Below are positions 9,829-20,432 of a stretch of 64,000 nucleotides of DNA, one piece after another; position 1 is the stretch's first letter; each line of letters begins with the position of its first letter. A program made the translations under genes and the position numbers. The notes under the pieces were generated by a model. The model saw nothing but the letters and a program-made list of their open reading frames with translations. It searched no databases and had not been told where the DNA came from. Origin of the DNA: a virus (lineage: Duplodnaviria > Caudoviricetes); IMG/VR virus record IMGVR_UViG_2561511114_000002, positions 18,294 through 82,293 of that record. One strand, written 5' to 3'.

Positions 9829-11322
9829 GTGGCCGTGACGCTCCTCGACATCGGACTCGCCTGGCAGGACGCAACCGAGCGGTTCAAACCCAAGCCCGCG
9901 CGCTGGGCAACGCCCGGCGCGCTCGCCCAGGACCTCGACCCGAAGACCGTGCAGACCCCGGCTCTCGACCTCATCGACGCCGCGCTGGTCGACGTCGCCG
10001 AGGGCCGCTGCAACCGGCTGATGATCAGCCTCGCGCCGCAGGAAGGCAAGAGCCAGCGCACTTCCCGCCGCTTCCCGACGTGGATGCTCACCCGAAACCA
10101 GGACCTGCGCGTCGCGATCGTCTCGTACGCCCACGGTGTCGCACGACGGTGGGGCCGCGCCATCCGCGACGACATCGGCATGCATGGCGACAGGCTCGGC
10201 CTGACCGTCAACCCTTCGTCCGCTGCCGCCCACGAGTGGGAGCTGCTCGGCCACCAAGGCGGCGTCTACTGCGTCGGCATCACCGGCTCGCTCACCTCCC
10301 GGCCCGTCGATCTGCTGATCATCGACGACCCGTACAAAGACGGTAAGCAAGCCGACTCGGAAGCGTGGCAGGAGACGGTCCGCGAATGGTGGACCGAAGT
10401 CGCGATCCCCCGGCTCGGCCCGAACGTCGCCGTCGTGATCATTCAAACCCGGTGGCGCCACGATGACCTGACCGGCTGGTTACAGGAGCGCGACGACGGC
10501 ATCGACTGGCGGGTCATCAACATCCCCGCCCAGGCAGACCACGATCCCGACAACGGCGAAAGTGATCCGCTCGGCCGTCAACCCGGCGAGTTCATGGAGT
10601 CCGCCCGGGGCCGCACCCGCGGGCAGTGGGAGCAGCGCAAGCGGGAGATGGGCACCCGCGCCTGGAACGCTCTCTGCCAGGGCAGGCCGGCTCCGGCGCA
10701 GGGCAACATTTTCCAGCGCGACTGGTGGGAGTTCTACGGCCAGGCACAGTGGATCGACAAGCCAGACGGTACCCGCTGGGCGGTCGGCTTCGATGAGGTC
10801 ATCGCCTCGTGGGACATGACGTTCAAGAACACCGACGGCACCGACTACGTGTGCGGGCAGGTGTGGGGGCGGCGTGGCGCCGAGGCGTACCTGCTGGACC
10901 AGGTCCACGACCGGCTGTCGTTCGTTGAGACCGCCGTCAAGGTGCGTATGTTGTCGGCGCGCTGGCCGCAGGCGGCGCTGAAGCTGGTCGAGGACAAGGC
11001 CAACGGGCCGGCGGTGATCAACGCGCTGTCGCGGAAGCTGCCGGGTCTGGTCGCCGTCGAACCGGACGGATCGAAGACGGCGCGGGCCGCGGCGGTGTCG
11101 CCGTTCGTCGAGGCCGGCAATGTGAAACTGCCGGCGCCGGAGCTGGCGCCGTGGGTGGACGACCTGATCGAAGAGGCGCAGAGCTTCCCCCGGGCGGCGA
11201 ACGACGACCGGGTTGACGCGATGTCGCAGGCGCTGAACCGGCTGCTGCTCAACCCGCTGCTTGTCGACGACGTCGTGGTGGTGGATGACGAATACGACGA
11301 CTTCGGTATCTCACCGGTATAG
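9829..11322 (+). CDS. terL: Terminase large subunit
   Basis: APQEGKS Walker A, LIIDDP Walker B, QTRW, SWD..F, VEDKANG, DDRVDAMSQAL nuclease motifs. Confidence 0.95.
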   Translation: MAVTLLDIGLAWQDATERFKPKPARWATPGALAQDLDPKTVQTPALDLIDAALVDVAEGRCNRLMISLAPQEGKSQRTSRRFPTWMLTRNQDLRVAIVSYAHGVARRWGRAIRDDIGMHGDRLGLTVNPSSAAAHEWELLGHQGGVYCVGITGSLTSRPVDLLIIDDPYKDGKQADSEAWQETVREWWTEVAIPRLGPNVAVVIIQTRWRHDDLTGWLQERDDGIDWRVINIPAQADHDPDNGESDPLGRQPGEFMESARGRTRGQWEQRKREMGTRAWNALCQGRPAPAQGNIFQRDWWEFYGQAQWIDKPDGTRWAVGFDEVIASWDMTFKNTDGTDYVCGQVWGRRGAEAYLLDQVHDRLSFVETAVKVRMLSARWPQAALKLVEDKANGPAVINALSRKLPGLVAVEPDGSKTARAAAVSPFVEAGNVKLPAPELAPWVDDLIEEAQSFPRAANDDRVDAMSQALNRLLLNPLLVDDVVVVDDEYDDFGISPV

Positions 11323-11333
11323 GGGGTCGTTGT

Positions 11334-12962
11334 ATGCGGATCCCGTTCACCGAAACGCGGCAGCTGCGCGCCGAGGTGCAGGAGCTTTCCACCGAACTCG
11401 CCCAGCAGGCCAACAGCAACCAGTTGCTCGCCGAGTCGGTCGCCGACCTTGAGCGGGCACTGAACGAGCCCGGATGGAGTCAGGCCCTCGCAACCGCCGA
11501 CCGGGAGTTCACCGCCGAGGGTCTCGTGCGGCTGCGGGCGATCTGCCGCCTGTACGCCATCAAGTCGCCGCTGATCCGCCGCGGCCTGAACCTGCGGTCG
11601 GCGTATGTGTGGGGCCAGGGCGTGGAGATCACCGCGCGGGCCAACGGCCACCGCCACCCCGGCGAGCAGGACGTGCAGAAGGTCGTTACCAGCTTCCTCG
11701 ACGACCCCGCCAATGTGCGGGCGGTTACCGGTGCTGAGGCCCGAGACCAGCTGGATCATGCCCTCGGCACCGACGGCGAGCTGTTTTTCGCCCTGTTCAC
11801 CCGCCCTCTCGACGGCCGGGTGCAGGTACGCACCATCGCCGCGGACGAGGTCGTGCGTGTGGTCTGTAACCCGGAGGATCGCTCCGAACCGTGGTACTAC
11901 CAGCGGCGCTGGATCCGCGAGGTACTCGACCCGGCGACCGGGCATTACACCAGCACCACCGTCGAGGGCTACTACCCGGCGATCGACTACCGGCCAGCCA
12001 CCCGCCCTCGCCGTATCGGCTCCCACCCGGTGCACTGGGACTCGCCGGTGCTGCACGTGACAGTGAACCGGCCGCACGGCTGGCAGCGGGGCATCCCCGA
12101 CGCGTACGCGGCGATCGACTGGGCGCGGGCGTACAAAGAGTTTTTGGAGGACTGGGCGCGGCTGATGCGATCCCTGTCCCGCTACGCGTGGAAGACCACC
12201 ACCCCCGGCCGGAAGTCAGCCGCGGTCAAAGCGCGCGTGGCGCAGGCACCCAGCCGGGATCCATCAACCGGGGAACCGCAGCACGCCGGCGCCACGGTCA
12301 TGCTGTCACCAGACCAGGGGCTGGAGGCGGTCTCGAAATCTGGCGCGACGATCGACGCCGACTCGGGCCGGCCACTGGCCACGATGGTCGCCTCAGCGCT
12401 GGACGTGCCCGTGACGATGCTGCTCGCCGACCCCGGGCAGACCGGCGCCCGCGCCACAGCCGAAACGCTCGACCAGCCAACCGAACTGGCGATGGGACAG
12501 CGCCGTGACATGTGGGCATCCTGGTACCAGCGGATCCTGCGCTACGTCATCACCGAGGCGGTGCGGGCGGTCAACGGGCCGCTACGCGGGACCATCCGCC
12601 GGGACGCGTGGACGGGCAACGAGCAGGTGGCGTTAGCCGCCGACACGGACCTGACGGTCGACATCGTGTGGCGGGACCTCGACGACACGGACATCGCCAC
12701 GACCGTGCACGCGATCAAGACCGCGTCGGATACAGGCACTGTGCCGCCCGAGGTGGTGCTGCGGCTGCTGCTGACCGCGCTCGGTGTGCGGCAGGTCGAC
12801 GACATCGTGGGGCAGTTGCTCGACGACGATGGCGGGTTCATGTGGCCAAACGGCCCGCCGCTGGGCGGCGGGCCGTCAGCGGCGGACCGGCAACGCGCCG
12901 GCCAGGACCCGGCCGACACCGGGACGGGACGCATGACCCCCGACGGTGACGCCGACCGGTGA
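11334..12962 (+). CDS. Portal protein
   Basis: 542 aa, directly after terL; DGELFF motif. Confidence 0.85.
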   Translation: MRIPFTETRQLRAEVQELSTELAQQANSNQLLAESVADLERALNEPGWSQALATADREFTAEGLVRLRAICRLYAIKSPLIRRGLNLRSAYVWGQGVEITARANGHRHPGEQDVQKVVTSFLDDPANVRAVTGAEARDQLDHALGTDGELFFALFTRPLDGRVQVRTIAADEVVRVVCNPEDRSEPWYYQRRWIREVLDPATGHYTSTTVEGYYPAIDYRPATRPRRIGSHPVHWDSPVLHVTVNRPHGWQRGIPDAYAAIDWARAYKEFLEDWARLMRSLSRYAWKTTTPGRKSAAVKARVAQAPSRDPSTGEPQHAGATVMLSPDQGLEAVSKSGATIDADSGRPLATMVASALDVPVTMLLADPGQTGARATAETLDQPTELAMGQRRDMWASWYQRILRYVITEAVRAVNGPLRGTIRRDAWTGNEQVALAADTDLTVDIVWRDLDDTDIATTVHAIKTASDTGTVPPEVVLRLLLTALGVRQVDDIVGQLLDDDGGFMWPNGPPLGGGPSAADRQRAGQDPADTGTGRMTPDGDADR

Positions 12963-13016
12963 CCCTCGACGGCGTGGAACACCAACGGCCGCACGTGGCG
13001 TCGAGGGGCGGGGGTT

Positions 13017-14093
13017 GTGGCGATCAACCAGCGAACGCTGCGGCTACTGCGTCAGCTCGCCACGACCGTCGGCGAGCACACCGACGACACCACCCGCCAC
13101 CTCACCGCCGCGTGGGTCCGCGCCTGGGACGAACTCGCTCCCGCCTGGCAGCAGGCGATCACCGACATCGTCACCCGCGCGGCGGCCGGCGGGCAGTGGC
13201 CGGCGCCGTGGCAACTCGCCCGCGTCGACCGCCTCGCCACCGCCGTCACCGCCACCTCGACCACACTCGATGGGCTCGCCGTACAGGCTGGCCTCACAAC
13301 CGCCGCCGGCGTAGGCACTGTTGTGGCGGCCACCGCCGCCGCCGAACCCGCCCTGATCGCCTCCCAGCTACCCGCCAGGCTCGCCGCAGCGGCAGCAGCC
13401 GAGTACGCGGCGGCACTCAACCCCACCGCCCTCGACATCATCGTGCAGCGAACCGGGGATCAGATCACCGCCCGCACCCGACCACTGTCCGACGCGGCGA
13501 TGGCCGCGGTACGCCGGTCACTGATCCGCGGTATCGCTATCGGCGACCACCCCCACACCGCGGCGCGGGACATGATGCGGCGGGTGGAGGGCGACATCAA
13601 CGGCGGGTTGACCCGCGCCATCGTGATCGCCCGCACCGAAATGCTGGACGCGTACCGCACCACCAGCCGCTACGTGCACGCGGCGAACGCGGACGTGCTC
13701 GCCGGCTGGACGTGGTGGTCCTCGCGGGACACGCGGACCTGCCCCGCGTGCTGGGTCATGCACGGCACGGTGCACCCGCTCGAGCAGGACGGGCCGCTGG
13801 ATCACCAGCAGGGCCGCTGCGCCAGGCTGCCCAAACTCAAGCCGTGGACGCAGCTAGGCATCCCCGAACCCGAACCCGCGGATCTACCCGTGGATGCGCG
13901 CGCCCAGTTCGACGCGCTACCGCCACAGCGGCAGCTGGCGATCCTCGGCCGGGCCCGGCTCGACCTGCTGCGCTCCGGCCGCATCGAGTGGACCGACCTG
14001 GTCACCCGCCGCGACACCCCCGGCTGGCGGACCTCCTACGTACCCACCACGCTCCGCGACCTGCAGCGCCTCGCCGACCGACGCGCCGCCTGA
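13017..14093 (+). CDS. Minor head morphogenesis protein (MuF-like)
   Basis: IARTE, RTCPACW.MHG, HQQGRC. Confidence 0.88.
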   Translation: MAINQRTLRLLRQLATTVGEHTDDTTRHLTAAWVRAWDELAPAWQQAITDIVTRAAAGGQWPAPWQLARVDRLATAVTATSTTLDGLAVQAGLTTAAGVGTVVAATAAAEPALIASQLPARLAAAAAAEYAAALNPTALDIIVQRTGDQITARTRPLSDAAMAAVRRSLIRGIAIGDHPHTAARDMMRRVEGDINGGLTRAIVIARTEMLDAYRTTSRYVHAANADVLAGWTWWSSRDTRTCPACWVMHGTVHPLEQDGPLDHQQGRCARLPKLKPWTQLGIPEPEPADLPVDARAQFDALPPQRQLAILGRARLDLLRSGRIEWTDLVTRRDTPGWRTSYVPTTLRDLQRLADRRAA

Positions 14094-14112
14094 CCTCGAA
14101 AGGGGCACGATC

Positions 14113-15714
14113 ATGCGCAGACGCCGACGGCAGCCACCTGCCCGGGTGGGCATCGGCCGCGCACTCATCCGCTACACCCCCCGCACCCGCCAGATCCTCA
14201 CCGAGATCGCAGAGTCGGCGGTGTCGGCGACCCTCGAGCGGCAGGCGCAGCGCATCAGCGCGACGGAGTCACCGACCATCCTGGAGGCGCCACGCCGGCG
14301 TGACGGCCGGGTGCCGATCCGGCTGATCCGGGCGGGCTGGTCACTCAACGGCAACTACTACCCCGCCGACGTGCTGCGCCGTGACGGTCCCACCGCCTGG
14401 CCGAAGGGCACCCTGTGCTACATCGACCACGCCACCGACGACGAGGACGCCGCCCGGCCGGCGGGCAGCATCAAGAACCTTGCCGCCGTGCTCACCGAGG
14501 ACGCCCGGTGGAGCGACACCGAGCGTGGGCTTGTCGCCGAGGTGCGGCTGTTCACGCTGTGGCGCGATGCCATCGAAGACATGCGCGGCGTGATCGGCAT
14601 GTCCATTCGGGCGTGGGTGCACGGCGAGCAGGGTGAGGCCGAGGGCCGGCACGGGTTCATCGTCTCCGGCATTCCCGAAGGCCGAAGCGTCGACTTCGTG
14701 ACCGCGCCCGCCGCTGGCGGCGGCATCCTGTCATCGGCCCTGGAGTCGGTGCGGGTTCGAGCCGACGAGGCGCGCAACGTGGGCGGCTGGCTGGAATCCC
14801 GGCTGCATCTGTATCTGACCCAACTCGCCGATGACCTGTACGGCCAGGGACTACTCACCCGGGCGGAGCGGCTCACGCTGTCGTCGGCCATCGGCGATGG
14901 TTTGGCCGCCTACACCACGCGTATCGAGGCCGACCAGCCGCAGCTGTACCAGCGCGACCTCGGCGACGGGCCAGCCGCCGCCGAGCCCGCCGTCGAATCC
15001 ACCGTCGGCAGTACCAGCCCGACCGCCGAGGCGGCCGGCGACCACGGGACGGGCGGCGCCCCGCCGGCCGCACCCAACCCACCCACGAGAGGAGAACCCG
15101 GCATGTCGGGTACCCACACCGGCGAAGGTGCGCCGGGCGAGGCGGGGACGGCCACCATGGAGGCCCACACCCCCACCACCGAGGCCCCCGCCGAAGCACG
15201 GCTGGCCATCATCGAGGCCGAGCGGGACCGGGAACGTACCCGCGCCCAGAGCCTCGGGGAGGCGCTCACCGAGGCGCAGACTGAGGCCCGCCGCGCGAGC
15301 GCCGAAGCGCAGGAGGCAATCGCCGAGATGCGGCGCCTGCGGGCGAACGAAACCGCACGCAGCACCATTTCCCTACTGCTGACCGCCGACGAGTCGGGGG
15401 TGCCGGCGGACATGCAGCCGCTGATCGGCCCGCGGGTGCACAGCCAGATCCTCGACCACGTGCCGCTGTCCGACGACGGCACCGTCGACCAGGTGGCGCT
15501 CGAGGCCGCCGTGACCGCAGCGATCCGCGCCGAGCGGGTCCACGCCGCCAGCCTCCTAGAAGCGCAGGGCGTCGGCCGGGTCGCCGGTCTCGGAGCCGCC
15601 GGCGACCCGACGATGCAGATGTCGCGGGAGCAGCTCGAGTCCAGCCTGTCCGAGGTGTTCCAGGCCATCGGCATGTCCGACAACGTGGCCGCGCTCGCGG
15701 CGAAGGGACGGTGA
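14113..15714 (+). CDS. Capsid maturation protease fused to scaffold
   Basis: IDH, GMSI and SVDFVTAPAAGG protease motifs; coiled-coil C-terminus with an internal RBS+ATG at 15103. Confidence 0.82.
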   Translation: MRRRRRQPPARVGIGRALIRYTPRTRQILTEIAESAVSATLERQAQRISATESPTILEAPRRRDGRVPIRLIRAGWSLNGNYYPADVLRRDGPTAWPKGTLCYIDHATDDEDAARPAGSIKNLAAVLTEDARWSDTERGLVAEVRLFTLWRDAIEDMRGVIGMSIRAWVHGEQGEAEGRHGFIVSGIPEGRSVDFVTAPAAGGGILSSALESVRVRADEARNVGGWLESRLHLYLTQLADDLYGQGLLTRAERLTLSSAIGDGLAAYTTRIEADQPQLYQRDLGDGPAAAEPAVESTVGSTSPTAEAAGDHGTGGAPPAAPNPPTRGEPGMSGTHTGEGAPGEAGTATMEAHTPTTEAPAEARLAIIEAERDRERTRAQSLGEALTEAQTEARRASAEAQEAIAEMRRLRANETARSTISLLLTADESGVPADMQPLIGPRVHSQILDHVPLSDDGTVDQVALEAAVTAAIRAERVHAASLLEAQGVGRVAGLGAAGDPTMQMSREQLESSLSEVFQAIGMSDNVAALAAKGR

Positions 15715-15718
15715 CGTC

Positions 15719-16072
15719 GTGGCGTCAAACCAGGTGTACAGCGACGGCGACCAGTTCCCTGCTGTCTGCTCCCAGCCGGCCGTCCCCGCCTCAGGGGATC
15801 CGGTACTGGTCGGTCAACTGCCCGGTGTGGCACTGACCGACGAGCACGCCGACGGCACCACCACCTGCACCTTCGCCGGCGTCTACAACCTGCCGGTGCA
15901 GGGCATCGACGGGGTCGGCAACAGCGCGGTCGCCGTCGGCGACATCGTCTACTACACGGCCGCAGACACGCCGAAACTCGGCAAGAAGACCGCCGGCGTG
16001 CAGTTCGGCTACGCGCTCGCCGCAGTCGCGTCCGGCGCCACCGCCACCATCCCCGTGAAAATCGGCCACTGA
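15719..16072 (+). CDS. Capsid decoration/cement protein (DUF2190-like)
   Basis: SGDPVLVG.LPGVALTD...GVYNLPV; precedes the capsid gene. Confidence 0.8.
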   Translation: MASNQVYSDGDQFPAVCSQPAVPASGDPVLVGQLPGVALTDEHADGTTTCTFAGVYNLPVQGIDGVGNSAVAVGDIVYYTAADTPKLGKKTAGVQFGYALAAVASGATATIPVKIGH

Positions 16073-16086
16073 GGAGAGACACGCCG

Positions 16087-17322
16087 ATGACCGTCAACGT
16101 TCTCGACGTTCTGCCCGAGGTCGCCACCATGCGGGCGCAGGACGCATCAATCGAATCGATCTACGGCGGGGAGGGACGCAGCCTGTCGGCAGCGGCCCGC
16201 CGCCGCCGGCAGCAGGAAAACGCCGCCTACCAGCGGCACCTCGTGGAGGCCGCGCAGTTGTACGCGAAGGTCATCAACGGCAACCGACGCGCCGCACTGG
16301 ACTTCCAAGAGGCGATGACCACCAGCGACTTCCAGCTGCTGTTCGGTGACGTGCTGGATCGGCAGATCCTGGCGAACTACCAGTCGATGCCAGTGCAATG
16401 GGACTCTGTCGCCCGACGGGGCCGGGTTCGCGACTTCCGCACCGTGAAGCGGTACACGCTCGATGGCGGTGAGGCGATCCTCGACGAGGTCAAGCAGCAG
16501 GGAGAGTACAAGGCCGCGAAACTCACCGACGGCAAATACGAATACGCCGTCACCAAGCGTGGCCGGCGGATCCCGCTGTCGTGGGAGACGCTGATCAACG
16601 ACGACCTCGACGCGTTCGCTGACATTCCCCGCCGGCTCGGTAACGCGGCCCGCCGGTCGGAGGAACGGTTCTGGACGACGCTGTACGCCACGGCGACGGG
16701 ACCGGCCTCCGCGTTCTTCAACGCCGGCAACAAGAACCTGATCGCCCAGGCAACGTATGCGAGCCTGCCGGACAACCCGGATCTGGCCGTGGACGGCCTG
16801 CAGTACGCGTTCGAGGTGCTCGGTCGGCAGGTCGACACCGACGGCGCACCGATTTACGTCGAGGGTGCCGTGCTGGTGGTGCCGCCCGCGCTCGAGGTGC
16901 CCGCCCGCAACATCCTCAACGCCACCGAGATCGTCACCGCCGCCGGGTCGTCGGGGTCCGCATCTGACGCGGGCCGCACCGACCAGCTGCGGGTGGCGAA
17001 CTGGATGGCCAACCGGACCCGGCTGGTCGTCAACCCGTGGCTGCCGATCGTCGACACCACCACCGGCAACACCGCCTGGTATTTGTTCGCGAACCCGGGC
17101 GTCGGCCGGCCGGCCATGGAGATGGGGTTCCTGATCGGTCACGAGTCGCCGGAGCTGTTCCAAAAGACCCCAAACGCGGTTCGGGTCGGCGGGGGCCCGA
17201 TCGACCCCACCGACGGGGACTTCGAAACCGACTCGGTCGAGTGGAAGCTGCGTCACGTGTGGGGCGGCACGCTGATGGACCCGAAGTCAGCGGTCGCGTC
17301 GAAGGGCACGAACTCGGCATGA
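16087..17322 (+). CDS. Major capsid protein
   Basis: TTSDF.LL, VRDFR, LINDDLDAF, LVVPPALE (Mu gpT-like); strong RBS. Confidence 0.9.
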   Translation: MTVNVLDVLPEVATMRAQDASIESIYGGEGRSLSAAARRRRQQENAAYQRHLVEAAQLYAKVINGNRRAALDFQEAMTTSDFQLLFGDVLDRQILANYQSMPVQWDSVARRGRVRDFRTVKRYTLDGGEAILDEVKQQGEYKAAKLTDGKYEYAVTKRGRRIPLSWETLINDDLDAFADIPRRLGNAARRSEERFWTTLYATATGPASAFFNAGNKNLIAQATYASLPDNPDLAVDGLQYAFEVLGRQVDTDGAPIYVEGAVLVVPPALEVPARNILNATEIVTAAGSSGSASDAGRTDQLRVANWMANRTRLVVNPWLPIVDTTTGNTAWYLFANPGVGRPAMEMGFLIGHESPELFQKTPNAVRVGGGPIDPTDGDFETDSVEWKLRHVWGGTLMDPKSAVASKGTNSA

Positions 17323-17606
17323 GGCCGGTTCGGCGGAGGAACCCGGTCGCGCTGCTCTGCGAGGTCGCGGATCTTCTCATCGAGCAGAACCGGCTGCTGG
17401 GTGACATCCGGGACCGGCTACCTGAGCAGCCCGGGTCCACGCGGCCGAAGCCAGCGGGGACACAAGAACCGGCGCCGCAGCAGACACCCGTCGTGCGGCC
17501 CGAGTCGCCACCAGCGCCCAAGCCGGAGCCGGAGCCAGCCAGGAAAGCCTCCTCCCCCGCGGCGAAGGCGACCCCACGCAAAACCGGGGCGCGGCGCCGC
17601 ACCTGA
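17319..17606 (+). CDS. Hypothetical Pro-rich protein
   Basis: ATGA overlap with the capsid stop. Confidence 0.55.
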   Translation: MRPVRRRNPVALLCEVADLLIEQNRLLGDIRDRLPEQPGSTRPKPAGTQEPAPQQTPVVRPESPPAPKPEPEPARKASSPAAKATPRKTGARRRT

Positions 17607-17672
17607 TCGTCCGGCCGCCCGTCACCCGACAGCGCGGGCGGCCGGACCTACACCAACGGGAGGTGGAAACCG

Positions 17673-18017
17673 GTGGCGATCACCACCGACCCCGCAACCG
17701 ATGTCGGTCGAGTGCGGCTGCTGGTCACCGACCTGACCGAGCCGGCGCTACTCACCGACGAGCAGATCACCGCGCTCCTGGCAATGGAGGGCGGCAACGT
17801 TAAGGCCGCCGCCGCAGCGGCGCTGGAGACGATCGCGCGATCCGAGACGCTGATCTCCAAAAAGATCAGAACCCAGGATCTGGCCACCGACGGGCCGGCG
17901 GTAGCCCAGGAACTGCGGGCGTCAGCGGCGGCACTGCGCGCGCAGGCCGACATCGACGACACCGGGTTCGACATCGTCGACTTCGACCCGTACGCCGCCT
18001 ACCGGCAGGAGGCGTGA
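17673..18017 (+). CDS. Head-tail adaptor
   Basis: GRVRLLVTD...LLTDEQI motif; synteny. Confidence 0.75.
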   Translation: MAITTDPATDVGRVRLLVTDLTEPALLTDEQITALLAMEGGNVKAAAAAALETIARSETLISKKIRTQDLATDGPAVAQELRASAAALRAQADIDDTGFDIVDFDPYAAYRQEA

Positions 18018-18020
18018 CCG

Positions 18021-18458
18021 GTGCCTGGTCTGCCCGCCACCACCGTCATCCACCCCGACGTCCAGCAGCACCACCGGCCGGTCGCAGCAGGGCAGATGAC
18101 CGGCACCTGCCGCATCGAGCGACCGGCAGCCGACCCTGCGGTGTGGGACGACGCCGCGGGCACGCACGTGCCGCCCCCACCGACGCAGCTGTACGACGGG
18201 CCGTGCCGCTACCAGCACCTGGCCGCGGCCGGGCAGCCGATCGCCGCCGACACCGAAACGCCCCTGGCCGATGTCCGCATCACCGTCCCGGTGCCCGACA
18301 CCGTCGAGTACGGGGTCAACGACCTGGTCACCCTCACCGGCGCCGCCGGCAACCCGGACCTGGCCGCACGGACGCTGCGGGTGACCGCGGTGTCCGCCTC
18401 CACCATCTCCGTGCAGCGGGATCTGACCTGCCAGCTACGGCAACCCACCACCCGGTAA
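18021..18458 (+). CDS. Head-to-tail stopper (DUF6093-like)
   Basis: MTGTCRIER...LYDGPCR; synteny. Confidence 0.72.
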   Translation: MPGLPATTVIHPDVQQHHRPVAAGQMTGTCRIERPAADPAVWDDAAGTHVPPPPTQLYDGPCRYQHLAAAGQPIAADTETPLADVRITVPVPDTVEYGVNDLVTLTGAAGNPDLAARTLRVTAVSASTISVQRDLTCQLRQPTTR

Positions 18459-18468
18459 GGGGGCGGAC

Positions 18469-18816
18469 GTGGACGACCTGACTCGGTTGGCCAAGGACAT
18501 GGACGACGCCGCCGACCGGCTGCACGACCGCGCCGAGGACCTGGTGCGGGCAAGCACGCTGCGCACCGAGGCCCTCGGCAAAGCAAACGCGCCGGTGCTC
18601 ACCGGCCTGCTGCGGTCATCGATCACGTCGCAGGTCGACAGCGGGCCGACCCGCATCACCGGCGAGACAGGCCCGGACACCACCTACGACGTGTATGTCC
18701 ACAACGGCACGTCGCGGCAGCCCCCGAACCCGTTCATGGACACCGCCGCCGACGTCGTGCAGCCGCACTACTATGCGGCGGCAGAGCGGATCGGCGGGCA
18801 GGTCCTCGATGGCTGA
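18469..18816 (+). CDS. HK97 gp10-like tail completion protein
   Basis: APVLTGLLRSSI...YVHNGTS..PPNPFM. Confidence 0.85.
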   Translation: MDDLTRLAKDMDDAADRLHDRAEDLVRASTLRTEALGKANAPVLTGLLRSSITSQVDSGPTRITGETGPDTTYDVYVHNGTSRQPPNPFMDTAADVVQPHYYAAAERIGGQVLDG

Positions 18817-19255
18817 CACCGACGTCGGCTGGCTGCACGCGCAGGGCCTCGCCGCGCTGCTGACGCCGCTGCCCTACGTGGTGTATGTCGGGGAGGTCAC
18901 CGACGCCGACGCCGACCTCGCTTTTCCGTACCTGGTGCTGTGGCCACCGCCGGCGACCCGGCCGACGATCACCCTCGCCGGGTACGGCGGCGAGGCGACC
19001 ACCGTCACCCAGCTCACCGCGGCCGGCACCAGCCCCCGCGAGACGATCACCGCACTGGATCGGGCCTCCGCGCGGCTGCACCGCGTACGCCCGGTGATCC
19101 CGGGCCGCCGCTGCTCGCCGATCACCCACACCGAGGGCGCCGCCGGGCCGCCGCAGCCGCGGCTTGACCCGCAGGCCCGCACGCCCGAGGGGCGGCCCAT
19201 CTACGTCACGTTCGCCCAGTTCACCCTGCACTCGTCCAGGAGCCCTGATGGCTGA
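18809..19255 (+). CDS. Putative tail terminator
   Basis: Synteny; PYLVLW motif. Confidence 0.6.
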   Translation: MADTDVGWLHAQGLAALLTPLPYVVYVGEVTDADADLAFPYLVLWPPPATRPTITLAGYGGEATTVTQLTAAGTSPRETITALDRASARLHRVRPVIPGRRCSPITHTEGAAGPPQPRLDPQARTPEGRPIYVTFAQFTLHSSRSPDG

Positions 19256-19571
19256 CATCCCTGTCCGCAGACCCACCGTCGATGGCGTCAACCTGGCCCT
19301 CGGCGCCGCCGCCGCCGGCGACACGGCCGAGTGCGGGCCCGGCTTCGCGCTGCTGGTCAGCAACGGCGGCGGGTCGTCTGTCGACGTCACGATCGCGGTG
19401 CCCGGCACCACCTTGTACGGGGTCGCGACCCCCGACAAGCCGATCAGCGTGCCCGCCGGGGAGCTGTGGGAGATCCCGCTGCTGGAGGTGTACCGGGATC
19501 CGGCCACCCGACGGGCCGCGATCTCCTGGTCGGCGACGACGTCAGTGACCCGCATCGTGGTCAGGCGGTAG
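19248..19571 (+). CDS. Hypothetical virion protein
   Basis: Coupled beta-rich ORF in the tail operon. Confidence 0.6.
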   Translation: MADIPVRRPTVDGVNLALGAAAAGDTAECGPGFALLVSNGGGSSVDVTIAVPGTTLYGVATPDKPISVPAGELWEIPLLEVYRDPATRRAAISWSATTSVTRIVVRR

Positions 19572-19579
19572 GAGGACGC

Positions 19580-19843
19580 ATGCCGACGTGGACGAGGGTG
19601 CGAGACACCCACACCGGACACACCTTCGACATCGACGCGCGCACGCTGCCGCACCGCCCCGGTGTGGAGCCGGTCAACGACCCTCAGCGGTGGCCGGACG
19701 TCGAGGGCCCTCGCGCGCAGCCGAGACCGGCGAAACCGCACGTAGACAAGGGCGCACCGCACGACCCGAGGGGCGCCGGTCGACGGCGTCCCACCACCAG
19801 CACGCCGGCGCCGACGCCGGCAACCACCAGCAGGGAGCAGTAG
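19580..19843 (+). CDS. Hypothetical protein
   Basis: AGGAGG RBS; MPTWTRVRDTHTGH. Confidence 0.6.
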   Translation: MPTWTRVRDTHTGHTFDIDARTLPHRPGVEPVNDPQRWPDVEGPRAQPRPAKPHVDKGAPHDPRGAGRRRPTTSTPAPTPATTSREQ

Positions 19844-19845
19844 TC

Positions 19846-20346
19846 ATGACTCAGCCGGCCAGCGTCCCCGCCGACGGCAACCAGGCCGTCTGGTGGGTAC
19901 CCGTCATCGCGGTCGCGCAGAGCCCGACCGTCGCCGAGCTCACCGCCCCGTCGGTGATCGACGCCTCCTGCTACCTGACCGCCGAGGGGTGGCAGCCGAC
20001 CACCAACGAGCAGGCCGTTACCGACCAGAGGCTGTGCACGACGGAGGACTACGAGCAGCCCGGACGTCTGCAACACAGCCTGCAGGTGACGTATGTGCAC
20101 AACCCGGGCTCGCCTGCGGACAACGCGTTGTATCTGGCGTTGACCAGGCTGACGTCCGGCTACTGGGTCTCCCGTGTGGGAGTGCCGTACGACCAGGCGA
20201 TCGCCGCCGGTGACATCGTCGATGTGTATCCGGTGAAGATGGGCTGGCGGCAGAAAACCCCGGGCGTCGCGAACAGTGTGCTGACCGTGGGTCAAAAGCC
20301 GTTCATCACCGGCCCGGTCGTGCAAGACGCCGTCGTCGCCGCCTGA
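19846..20346 (+). CDS. Major tail (tube) protein
   Basis: PTVAEL...SCYLT..GW...DQRLC...PGR pattern; synteny. Confidence 0.8.
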   Translation: MTQPASVPADGNQAVWWVPVIAVAQSPTVAELTAPSVIDASCYLTAEGWQPTTNEQAVTDQRLCTTEDYEQPGRLQHSLQVTYVHNPGSPADNALYLALTRLTSGYWVSRVGVPYDQAIAAGDIVDVYPVKMGWRQKTPGVANSVLTVGQKPFITGPVVQDAVVAA

Positions 20347-20432
20347 CACACCCTTGATCTGGCGGTGTGGCCACCAGCCCGGCCTGCACCGCCGTACCGC
20401 GCCCCGGGCTGGCTTCGGAAGGGCTGGACTCT

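Noticed and set aside
651-11322. Inteins or introns in DnaB or terminase
   Set aside because: Both proteins have normal length and contiguous motifs
10845-17256. Long antisense ORFs (e.g. 10845..12077, 14910..16130, 16147..17256)
   Set aside because: Shadow ORFs of high-GC genes with no recognisable motifs
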